Positions 34,211 to 41,914 of a stretch of 60,740 bases of DNA are shown here, in pieces. Source of the stretch: a bacterium (GTDB taxonomy: Bacteria; Hydrothermota; UBA3073; JACQXS01); NCBI GenBank assembly GCA_030605695.1, contig JAUWHX010000013.1:1-60740 (forward strand). The letters run 5' to 3'. Both the position numbers and the translations under genes were made by a program. Under the pieces are notes generated by a model that saw nothing but the letters and a program-made list of their open reading frames with translations, was not told the origin of the DNA and searched no databases. Each line of letters starts with the position of its first letter. Position 1 is the stretch's first letter.

Positions 34211-35365
34211 TTATATGCTTCGGGGTTTAAGTAAATGGAGTCCAAGTTTCAGGAACCTTGGGCTGAAGGTGATGATATTCTTGATTATCTCAAGCTCGTT
34301 TATCTCGGTAATGGGCTTTCCCTCGAAGTTCTTGACTCCGAAATCAAACAGCAGTTCAAGGTCAGAATCCTTGAGCTTCATAAATACATCCCGCACCTTG
34401 AACTTGAATCTAAAATTCCTGCCCTCTGCTTTGAGCCATTCCTTTTCATATTGCTTGAGTTTAGAGATGTCATTGCTCTTGATTGCACTCGCACAAGATT
34501 TGCCTGCCAACTTGCCCGACAGCAATGCGTTCCCGATTCCGCCTCCTGAAATAGGGTCAACAAGTCGTGCCGCATCTCCAACTATGCAAACATTGTCCTT
34601 GACGAGATTCTTCAGGGCTTTGGACGGAGTTATACTATTGTGTGTGCTCAGGATACTGTATTTCTTGAATCTCCACTCAAGGAGCTTCTCAACGAAGAAC
34701 TTCGGGGGCTTCTTGGTAAGTGGAGGATAAACGCCCACACCCACATTCGCCAAGCCATCTCCTTTTGGAAACACCCATCCGTATCCACCGGGCGCAACTT
34801 CTCTGCCTGTCATAAACTCAACTTCCCCTAAGGTAACATCCACGCCTGCTAACAGATATTCATAAGCAGACCATAAATCCTTTCGCCCGATTCTTGCATC
34901 AATGCCTGCCCACTTTGCCACCCTTGAGCCAATGCCATCAGCCCCGACGATGAACTTTGCTTTGACCTCTCCCCTATTGGTTTGGATACCATTATCAGTG
35001 AGCCCGATTGCCTGAGTGCCGACTCTAACTTCACATCCAGCACTTGCAGCAAGAGCTGCCAGGTCGCGGTCGAATATCTTGCGCTCAAGTATATAGCCGA
35101 CTCCCGGATAGCTAACCTTGAAGCTTCTTCCTGAAGGAGAATAGAAACGAGCTCCCTCAATAGTGGAGGCAATCCAGGATGGTTTCGGAGTAACAAATTC
35201 CGATAGCCATTCCCTTGACATTCCTTCACCACAAGCCAATGGAATCCCAATCTCAAGATGCTCTTCAATCAAGATAGTCTTACACCCTTCCCGAGCGGCA
35301 GTTAAAGCAGTCATTGAGCCAGCAGGTCCCGCTCCCACAACTGCTATATCATACATTTCAGACAT
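34211..35365 (-). CDS. geranylgeranyl reductase-family FAD flavoprotein
   Basis: DIAVVGAGPAGS dinucleotide motif, 384 aa, family-typical length and layout. Confidence 0.8.
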   Translation of the reverse strand: MSEMYDIAVVGAGPAGSMTALTAAREGCKTILIEEHLEIGIPLACGEGMSREWLSEFVTPKPSWIASTIEGARFYSPSGRSFKVSYPGVGYILERKIFDRDLAALAASAGCEVRVGTQAIGLTDNGIQTNRGEVKAKFIVGADGIGSRVAKWAGIDARIGRKDLWSAYEYLLAGVDVTLGEVEFMTGREVAPGGYGWVFPKGDGLANVGVGVYPPLTKKPPKFFVEKLLEWRFKKYSILSTHNSITPSKALKNLVKDNVCIVGDAARLVDPISGGGIGNALLSGKLAGKSCASAIKSNDISKLKQYEKEWLKAEGRNFRFKFKVRDVFMKLKDSDLELLFDFGVKNFEGKPITEINELEIIKNIITFSPRFLKLGLHLLKPRSI

Positions 35366-35390
35366 AAGACTTTAGATAAGAGAAATTATA

Positions 35391-35492
35391 GACACGAACT
35401 ATCACGAACTTTTACGAACACTACACGAACAAGTTTCTTTGCTTTCATAGAAGTTCGTGTTTTGTTAGTCTTCGTTCGTGTGCTGTTCGTGT
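35391..35492. repeat. CACGAAC/GTTCGTG-word inverted repeat (family B, copy 2)
   Basis: Left arm 35391-35430 and right arm 35453-35492, with ctttcatag in the loop as at 15638. Confidence 0.6.
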
Positions 35493-35503
35493 TAAAATTC
35501 TTT

Positions 35504-36463
35504 TTACACAATTTCTATTTTCCCTATATTTGTGGTCTCGCCTATAATCCATTTTTCTTTAATTCCTTCAAATATGGATGGGTCATCTACAACTGCTATC
35601 ATCCCTATGCCCATATTGAAGACCCTGAACATTTCTTCTGTCTCGACATTCCCTTCTTGCTGGATAAACTTAAATATCGGCAGAACTTTCCAGAAGTCTT
35701 TATAAACTTTAGCTCCGATTCCTTGAGGCAAAGCTCTTGGCAGGTTGCCGTAAATACCTCCTCCTGTTATATGAGCAAGTCCTTTTATTTTCTTGAGGAA
35801 GGGAGTAAGCAAGTTCTTATAAGACTTATGTATTTTTAAAAGTTCCTTTCCAAGCTCACATCCTAACTCTTTAATATACATATTAAGTTTAAGTTTCTTG
35901 TCTTTTATAATTTTACGCACAAGTGAGTAACCATTTGTATGCAAGCCACTTGATGGAAATGCCACAAGCTTATCACCGGGAACTATGCTCTTGCCATCTA
36001 TTATATCAGATTTCTCAACTATCCCAGTGATAAAGCCAACAAGGTCATATTCTCCGAGAGCATAAAATCCAGGCATCTCTGCTGTCTCTCCTCCAAGAAG
36101 CGTAATCTTATTTTTACTGCAAGCTCTTGCAATTCCAGTTATTACTCCTTTTTGCTGTTCTATATTTAGCTTGCCAGTTCCTATATAATCCATAAAATAT
36201 AGGGGCAGTGCCCCAGTTGTTAAAATATCATTTATAGAGTGATTTACGAGGTCTTCTCCAACCGTGTCGTGAATCCCGAGCTCAATAGCAATCTTTAATT
36301 TTGTCCCTACTCCATCTGCCGAACTTATGAGACAGGGATTTTTATACCCAGAAGGAATCTCAAATATCCCTCCAAATCCGCCAATCTCCTTGCTCAACTT
36401 CTTAATGTATTCCGTGAATTTGTCAGCCGCCTCAATATCTACGCCTGCTTCTTTGTATTTCAT
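35504..36463 (-). CDS. purM: phosphoribosylformylglycinamidine cyclo-ligase (AIR synthetase)
   Basis: MKYKEAGVDIEAADKF start and SSADGVGTKLKIA motif. Confidence 0.93.
   Translation of the reverse strand: MKYKEAGVDIEAADKFTEYIKKLSKEIGGFGGIFEIPSGYKNPCLISSADGVGTKLKIAIELGIHDTVGEDLVNHSINDILTTGALPLYFMDYIGTGKLNIEQQKGVITGIARACSKNKITLLGGETAEMPGFYALGEYDLVGFITGIVEKSDIIDGKSIVPGDKLVAFPSSGLHTNGYSLVRKIIKDKKLKLNMYIKELGCELGKELLKIHKSYKNLLTPFLKKIKGLAHITGGGIYGNLPRALPQGIGAKVYKDFWKVLPIFKFIQQEGNVETEEMFRVFNMGIGMIAVVDDPSIFEGIKEKWIIGETTNIGKIEIV
36436..36462. repeat. 27-bp direct repeat, proximal copy (covers purM codons 1-9)
   Basis: tatctacgcctgcttctttgtatttca matches 38904-38930 at 26 of 27 positions. Confidence 0.9.
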
Positions 36464-36572
36464 AATGTTTTAAGAATACAATGTTAAGTCTTTTCCTAAC
36501 TTTATTTTTTCATATTCGAATTTCCTAATCGGATGTGAAATATAAAAATATTCTTTAAGTTCGTCCTATTTT

Positions 36573-37475
36573 TTATTCGAAAATCTCTAATAAAATTTCT
36601 TGTAAACGCCTGTCAATATTACCGTTAAAATCTTCACAGGGAATGCCTAAATTTCTAAGAACAGTTAGGAATCTCTTATAACCATTCTTACTTCTTAACT
36701 CAACCCATTCAATTCCTAAACTCGTTAATTGTTGCTTGTTCAAATCTGATAATTTATCTGCTATAAAAACTTTGCTATTCCTTGCTATCACAGCATCAGC
36801 ACTTTCAGGATTTCCTTTGCCCATCAATTTAACTTCACATCTAAATCTTTCTTGTGATTTTGTGTCTAAAAGATAAAAATCTACTTCTCTAAGTGACTCT
36901 GGTAATCGGCTTTGATCAAAATATTCACCTGAAACATTAAAAAGCATACAAAGGGTTCTCATAAGATATTTTTCTACCCTTTTCCCAGCAGTACTCCATA
37001 ACCCACCTCGTAATGCTGCCCTTTTTACTGCAAGTGTATTAATAACTATTAAACTTTCACTAACATTCAAATCTACACTAACTCCACGAAATTTTATTGT
37101 CAATGTTATGTTTATGTCGTCGTCACTTTCAACTAAACTATTTATTGCTTGATAAAGCATTTCGTAATGTTCTAAAGACGCATCTATCACGATTTCTTTG
37201 GTCGCAGAATTATACATGTTAGAGATTGTTTTCATGTTTAAGCCAGAGTTTATCGCAATATCTTCTTTAGATAGTTCAGGATTTAATAATTCCTTTTTAT
37301 ACCAATCAACTGAAACCTGTTGATTTTTCAACTTTGCTTCAACGACCTTTTTGAAAAAATCAATCGCGTATTGTAGAAATTCAGCATTAATAAGAGTCTG
37401 AATTTCAATGCGGTAGTCCTGTCCCTTAATCAACTTACAAATAATATTTTTGACAACTTTATCAGTTAATGTCAC
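36573..37475 (-). CDS. putative Type II restriction endonuclease (PD-(D/E)xK-like)
   Basis: EVDFYLL...RCEVKLMGKG fits a D...E-x-K catalytic pattern. Overlaps the methyltransferase stop by 4 nt. Confidence 0.55.
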   Translation of the reverse strand: MTLTDKVVKNIICKLIKGQDYRIEIQTLINAEFLQYAIDFFKKVVEAKLKNQQVSVDWYKKELLNPELSKEDIAINSGLNMKTISNMYNSATKEIVIDASLEHYEMLYQAINSLVESDDDINITLTIKFRGVSVDLNVSESLIVINTLAVKRAALRGGLWSTAGKRVEKYLMRTLCMLFNVSGEYFDQSRLPESLREVDFYLLDTKSQERFRCEVKLMGKGNPESADAVIARNSKVFIADKLSDLNKQQLTSLGIEWVELRSKNGYKRFLTVLRNLGIPCEDFNGNIDRRLQEILLEIFE

Positions 37476-38866
37476 CTAATCCTCCTTTTAGCTAATTCCT
37501 GAAAACTTTCTATATTCAATATATGCAGCTCTTCTTTGTCAAATAATAGTTTATTACCCAATTCCTGTTTTATCCTTTCAACATATCTTTCTTCTTTCTC
37601 AGTTAAAAAGAAATATCTCTCTAATTTCATTGCGGCTTTTCCTAATGTTCCACTACCAGCAAAGGGGTCAAAAACCAAATCTCCTTTATAAGAATAAAAT
37701 TTTATAACCCTATTGCATAATTCTATAGGGAAAACGGCACTATGAACTTTATCAAATGTAGGATCAATTTTCCATACATTTGAGGTTTCATAATCTCCCA
37801 AAACTTTACTTTGTTTAACTGTTCCCCAATTATATCGCCTGATATTCCAATCTAAAAGTTTGTCGGTTTTCTTCCTATAGACCATTATATATTCAGTTAA
37901 GGGATTTGGTTTATAGGCTAATGGTTTTCTGTGTTGTAAAAATCCTGCGTTACGGTTTTTAACACTTGCTTCCGGTTTTGCCCAGATTATATCATCAATA
38001 AATTCCCATCCCATTTGAACCAGATATGGATGAATGTCAAAAGGTATTGGATATCGTTTGCTTGAATGTTGCCTACTGATTCTTGGAATGATAACCGGTG
38101 AAGTATTTAGAATAAAAAATCTCCCTTCTTTTGTAATCCTATAAATTTGTTTGAATACACTCGCCAAAAAATCAAGGTATTTTTTATAACTTTGATATAT
38201 CGAATAATCTCTTGCATTATAATAAGGTGGAGATGTAAAAGTCAAATGAATAGATTCATCAGGGACATCTTTTAAAATATCTCTGACATCTCCCTGAACA
38301 ACAACATTTTTCATAAAATCAGGACATTTTGTATGCTTTATGCTTGAACCTGAAGTCATTTTTCGAGGAAAGAATTCCTTTTGAATCACAGACTGTATCA
38401 TTTCATTTGGGTGATTACTCAATTTTTTAAGTTCTTCTTTAACCATTATATTTGATTTAAAAACCAACAATGCACGGATAACTTGTAATACAATTTTAGG
38501 ATCTAAATCATTTAACATCTCTATTAGCAGTGGGATTGCTTTTGATGAGTGCATCCTACCAATGCTTGAAACAGCTTCTCGTCTTACCGTAGAATCCGGG
38601 TCATTTTTTGCAACTTTTGAAATTATTTCCAGATAAGAGGTGTCTCTTAACTTACCGAGATTTTTTACTACCCAGAATCTTACTTGAGCATTTCTGTTTT
38701 CAAGTAAAAAAGTGAGGTTTTTTCCATCAAAATCCGAAGGCAAACGACCAAGACTTTCCAGCAGAAATAAAAGTGTACTACCATTATCCTTTTGCTCCTG
38801 TATAAGTTTATATAACACTCCAATATTATTTATTTTTAATTCATTTATATATTCTCTTGTTACCAT
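37472..38866 (-). CDS. DNA methyltransferase (beta-class, TSPPY motif IV before FAGSGT motif I; probably N4-cytosine) with an N-terminal HEAT-repeat domain of about 170 aa
   Basis: HLTFTSPPYYNARDY, then DPFAGSGTLG. N-terminus has VRFWVVKNLGKL...DPDSTVRREAVSSIGRM...LNDLDPKIVLQVIRAL. Confidence 0.8.
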   Translation of the reverse strand: MVTREYINELKINNIGVLYKLIQEQKDNGSTLLFLLESLGRLPSDFDGKNLTFLLENRNAQVRFWVVKNLGKLRDTSYLEIISKVAKNDPDSTVRREAVSSIGRMHSSKAIPLLIEMLNDLDPKIVLQVIRALLVFKSNIMVKEELKKLSNHPNEMIQSVIQKEFFPRKMTSGSSIKHTKCPDFMKNVVVQGDVRDILKDVPDESIHLTFTSPPYYNARDYSIYQSYKKYLDFLASVFKQIYRITKEGRFFILNTSPVIIPRISRQHSSKRYPIPFDIHPYLVQMGWEFIDDIIWAKPEASVKNRNAGFLQHRKPLAYKPNPLTEYIMVYRKKTDKLLDWNIRRYNWGTVKQSKVLGDYETSNVWKIDPTFDKVHSAVFPIELCNRVIKFYSYKGDLVFDPFAGSGTLGKAAMKLERYFFLTEKEERYVERIKQELGNKLLFDKEELHILNIESFQELAKRRIR

Positions 38867-38903
38867 AATATTTCCAGGTAATTACAAAAGTCATTACCCA
38901 TTT

Positions 38904-38930
38904 TATCTACACCTGCTTCTTTGTATTTCA
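38904..38930. repeat. 27-bp direct repeat, distal copy (fossil purM 5' end; supplies the TGA stop of the JAB gene)
   Basis: tatctacacctgcttctttgtatttca. Confidence 0.9.
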
Positions 38931-39440
38931 GCGACTTAATCCTGTTGCACTTGGACATATTATTTTTACAGGTTTCCACTTATTTCTCCCAGACAAAATA
39001 TGAGCTCCAAGCTCAATCGCATATTCCCCTAAAGTTCCTTTTATAATGCCTTTTTTAGTATGATGCCAAGGAACATCTTTAGTTTTATCATTAACGGCTA
39101 CGATGAGATAAACATTACCAGACTCCATATCTGCAACATCTTCTCCTGAAGGAGTTGCCTTAGCTTTAGAGTCTCCCCACTGAGTATGAGAATGAAAATC
39201 ACCTATTAAATTAATTGGCATATGCTCAAGAATATTCTCCATTCGCTCGGAACTCCTTGATTTAGGAGCTACCCAAGAATATCCTTTAACTGCCGTCTGA
39301 TAAGGAATGCCATATTCAACTACAAAACCATCCATACTTCTATAACCAAGCAAAAGTCCAAGAGTTTCATGCCTATAGACTTCAATAGAAGATAAAATCA
39401 TAGACAGAAAAGCACGTTCTTTTATATGAACAGTCTTCAT
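38928..39440 (-). CDS. JAB/MPN-domain metalloprotease-like protein
   Basis: E (HETLGLLLGY) ... HSH ... SGED, a JAMM-like motif with a longer than usual spacer. 170 aa. Confidence 0.6.
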   Translation of the reverse strand: MKTVHIKERAFLSMILSSIEVYRHETLGLLLGYRSMDGFVVEYGIPYQTAVKGYSWVAPKSRSSERMENILEHMPINLIGDFHSHTQWGDSKAKATPSGEDVADMESGNVYLIVAVNDKTKDVPWHHTKKGIIKGTLGEYAIELGAHILSGRNKWKPVKIICPSATGLSR

Positions 39441-40016
39441 CTAAAACTTTACTCCTCCGGCAAAAACAAACTGACTCCAACTTCCTTCGTCTGGAAAGAT
39501 TACTCCCCAACCAACCTCACCAAAGAAAGTAGGACCTCTAATTGAGCATTCCATTCCTCCAAAAAGGTGAAATCCAATCCATGTATCTAACTCACTATTA
39601 GTTTCGCCATTAACTTTTACTTCTGCACTGCAAATATGGATTTCAGGGGCAGCCCCTGTATAAAATTCGATAGGAGAAAGTATATACCAAGTGTTCTTGT
39701 ATCCAAAATTCACTTTGATATCTCGTCCTGAAATTGTGATATGCACAATTTCTTCCCCTAAATCCCATATCTTTTCCTCCGTATGCCAACTGAATTCTAC
39801 TTCTGTTCTCAAGGCAAATGGTATCATAGGTAAAGGTAAAGAAAGTTCTATTAATCCTCCGATAATAGGCCAAGTCTCGGATTTCGAACTCCCATTATCA
39901 GAAGTATTGAACACCACTCCTCCTTTAAATCCAAAACGCGGTCTTTGAGCATCTGATGTCGCAAAATTCAGTCCTATTATACTAAAAACTAATACCCATT
40001 TCCTCAAACTCCACAT
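39441..40016 (-). CDS. small outer-membrane beta-barrel protein (paralog of 40446-41042)
   Basis: Signal peptide, alternating beta pattern, C-terminal GGVKF. Confidence 0.6.
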   Translation of the reverse strand: MWSLRKWVLVFSIIGLNFATSDAQRPRFGFKGGVVFNTSDNGSSKSETWPIIGGLIELSLPLPMIPFALRTEVEFSWHTEEKIWDLGEEIVHITISGRDIKVNFGYKNTWYILSPIEFYTGAAPEIHICSAEVKVNGETNSELDTWIGFHLFGGMECSIRGPTFFGEVGWGVIFPDEGSWSQFVFAGGVKF

Positions 40017-40064
40017 CTTAACCTCTTTCTTTCAATAAAATAGCAGAGAATACCAAAGAATCTC

Positions 40065-40415
40065 TTATTTCTTGGTAGTCTTTGTAGCTTTTGGCTTTGC
40101 AGCTTTTGGCTTCGTGACCTTTGGCTTTGTGACCTTTGGCTTTGTGGTCTTTGGTTCTTTCTTCAGTTCTTTTTTTGCTTTTTCTTTTACAGACTTTGCG
40201 AGCATTGACTTTTTACGAGCGGCGGTATTGAGATGAATTACTCCCTTTTTCCGTGCTCGGTCAATGGCAGAATAAGCTTTATCCAGATTCTCCTGTGTCT
40301 CAGATTTTTTCATATCCTTTATCGCACTCTTCATTTCAAGCTTAACCTTGCGATTCCTGAGTTTTCTTTTCTTATTCTGCCTCGCTCTCTTTATAGTTGA
40401 ACTATGTCGTAACAT
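40065..40415 (-). CDS. rpsT: 30S ribosomal protein S20 with Lys/Pro-rich C-terminal extension
   Basis: STIKRARQNKKRKLRNRKVKLEMKSAIK core, GGGAGG RBS, tail KPKVTKPKVTKPKAAKPKATK. Confidence 0.88.
   Translation of the reverse strand: MLRHSSTIKRARQNKKRKLRNRKVKLEMKSAIKDMKKSETQENLDKAYSAIDRARKKGVIHLNTAARKKSMLAKSVKEKAKKELKKEPKTTKPKVTKPKVTKPKAAKPKATKTTKK
40082..40156. repeat. 5 x 15-nt tandem repeat encoding the KPK(V/A)(T/A) pentapeptides of the S20 tail
   Basis: Hand-indexed units start at 40082, 40097, 40112, 40127 and 40142. Confidence 0.85.
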
Positions 40416-40445
40416 CTATCCCTCCCTTTTTAGATACTTTCTCAT

Positions 40446-41042
40446 CTAAAATCTTATTCCCAAAATAACCATTAACTGTGTCCATAAACGTTTCTCCTGA
40501 AAGACATCTCCTCTAAAGATTTTTCCTCCTCCAACCTCACAAAATAAAGCATATCCACTAATCAAGTATTCTCCTCCTCCAAAGAGATGTAAGCCGACTC
40601 CCATCTCAGAGTTATCAACAAGTGAATCAGGGTATTCTTCTTGAATCCAATAATAGTGTATGCCGGGACCTACTCCCACATAAATTCCTACACAAGAAGG
40701 TATTTCACCTCCATAAACACCTGCCGAAGAAGCTATCTCATAAAGATATTCAACTCCCAATCCTAATTGGATATCTACTTTTGTAGTTTTAATTTCTTCT
40801 TCCTTTTGATGAAAACCACCTCCCGCATCTCCCCTAAACCCAAAAGGGGAGTCTGGTAACTTATAGTCTAATATCACCCCAAAATTAGGCCAAATCTCAG
40901 ATTCTGACTCTTCACTAAAGGTTTGAAGCACTGCTCCTCCTTTGATTCCAAAAGAAACTTGAGCACTTGCTATTTCATAACTGCATAATATTATACCCAC
41001 AGCCAAAATATATTTTCTTAATATGAGTACCTTTTCCTCCAT
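40446..41042 (-). CDS. small outer-membrane beta-barrel protein
   Basis: Signal peptide, FGIKGGAV start similar to the FGFKGGVV of its paralog, C-terminal LGIRF. Confidence 0.6.
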   Translation of the reverse strand: MEEKVLILRKYILAVGIILCSYEIASAQVSFGIKGGAVLQTFSEESESEIWPNFGVILDYKLPDSPFGFRGDAGGGFHQKEEEIKTTKVDIQLGLGVEYLYEIASSAGVYGGEIPSCVGIYVGVGPGIHYYWIQEEYPDSLVDNSEMGVGLHLFGGGEYLISGYALFCEVGGGKIFRGDVFQEKRLWTQLMVILGIRF

Positions 41043-41612
41043 TTAAACTTTAGACACAAATGAATTGCCGTCAACATAAAATCTTAACTTTTCAGTAGTG
41101 CCCTGCTTAATTCCTATTCTCGGACAAGCTACTATCGTAAGGGCAGTTCGCGAACCATCCCTACCTTCTTCAATTCTTAAATTAGAATTAACCATATCAA
41201 CCTTATTTTGAGACCTATCTACCCCAAAAGCTTGAGTTAGTCTTGCCGGCCCGTTAGTTAAATTTTGCATTTTTCTTCTCTTTTTCATTAACTCTATTCC
41301 CTCCAATGGCTCAACTGCTCTTATCAAGACTGCTCGAGCTTCGCCATCTTTTCCTGTAACCACATTAAGCATATAGTGCATTCCATAAGTGAAATAGACA
41401 TAAGCATAACCCGGAGGTCCCCACATTGCTTCGTTCCTCAGAGTCCTTCTTCCTTTATAAGAATGAGAGGCAGGGTCAAGCTCTCCGTAATAAGCTTCGG
41501 TCTCAACTATCATTCCTTTAGTCACTCCCTCCGCAGTATTATGAACAAGCACCTTCCCCAATAACTCTTTAGCCACCTGAGCCGTATCTCTAATATAAAA
41601 TTCTCTTATCAC
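41043..41612 (-). CDS. mpg: DNA-3-methyladenine glycosylase (Mpg/AAG family)
   Basis: FYIRDTAQVAKELLGKVLVH and YFTYGMHYMLNVV motifs. GTG start. Confidence 0.85.
   Translation of the reverse strand: MIREFYIRDTAQVAKELLGKVLVHNTAEGVTKGMIVETEAYYGELDPASHSYKGRRTLRNEAMWGPPGYAYVYFTYGMHYMLNVVTGKDGEARAVLIRAVEPLEGIELMKKRRKMQNLTNGPARLTQAFGVDRSQNKVDMVNSNLRIEEGRDGSRTALTIVACPRIGIKQGTTEKLRFYVDGNSFVSKV
41137..41164. repeat. imperfect copy of the 28-bp GTAGGGGCAGTTCGCGAAC... palindrome inside mpg
   Basis: gtaagggcagttcgcgaaccatccctac, encoding GRDGSRTALT in frame. Confidence 0.8.
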
Positions 41613-41704
41613 TCTTTTTTTGTAGGAGCAACTTTTAGTTGCGATTTATATTGTCGCAGATGGAATCTGCTCCTACATAATTTATACCGCTTCCCCCAGT
41701 AAAG

Positions 41705-41805
41705 TAGGGGGAATCCCCCTATCTTCATACTGACATCAGTATCTTTTCCACTGACATCAGTATCTCTCATGCTGACATCAGTATCTCTCATGCTGAACTC
41801 CGTCA
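41705..41805 (-). repeat. family E element, copy 2: hairpin TAGGGGG-aat-CCCCCTA plus 3 full and 1 degenerate 21-nt units
   Basis: Units spaced 21 nt apart (41729, 41750, 41771, 41792). Core GATACTGATGTCAGTA matches copy 1. Lies 5' of mpg in the same relative orientation as copy 1 to the secretin gene. Confidence 0.8.
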
Positions 41806-41828
41806 TAGCTATGCGATGTTAACGTTTC

Positions 41829-41878
41829 CAGCATATCTGAAGGTGAAGCGACTAACGGAAGCAAAACCAGATATGCTG
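41829..41878 (-). repeat. 3' stem-loop element (CAGCATATCTG / CAGATATGCTG, perfect 11-bp stem), copy 2
   Basis: Directly 3' of the mscS-like gene. Flanks and loop (gcgaagc/ggaagc aaaa) resemble 28271-28339. Confidence 0.6.
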
Positions 41879-41914
41879 TGTTATATCTGAACTTTGAATA
41901 TTTATCTCTACTTT

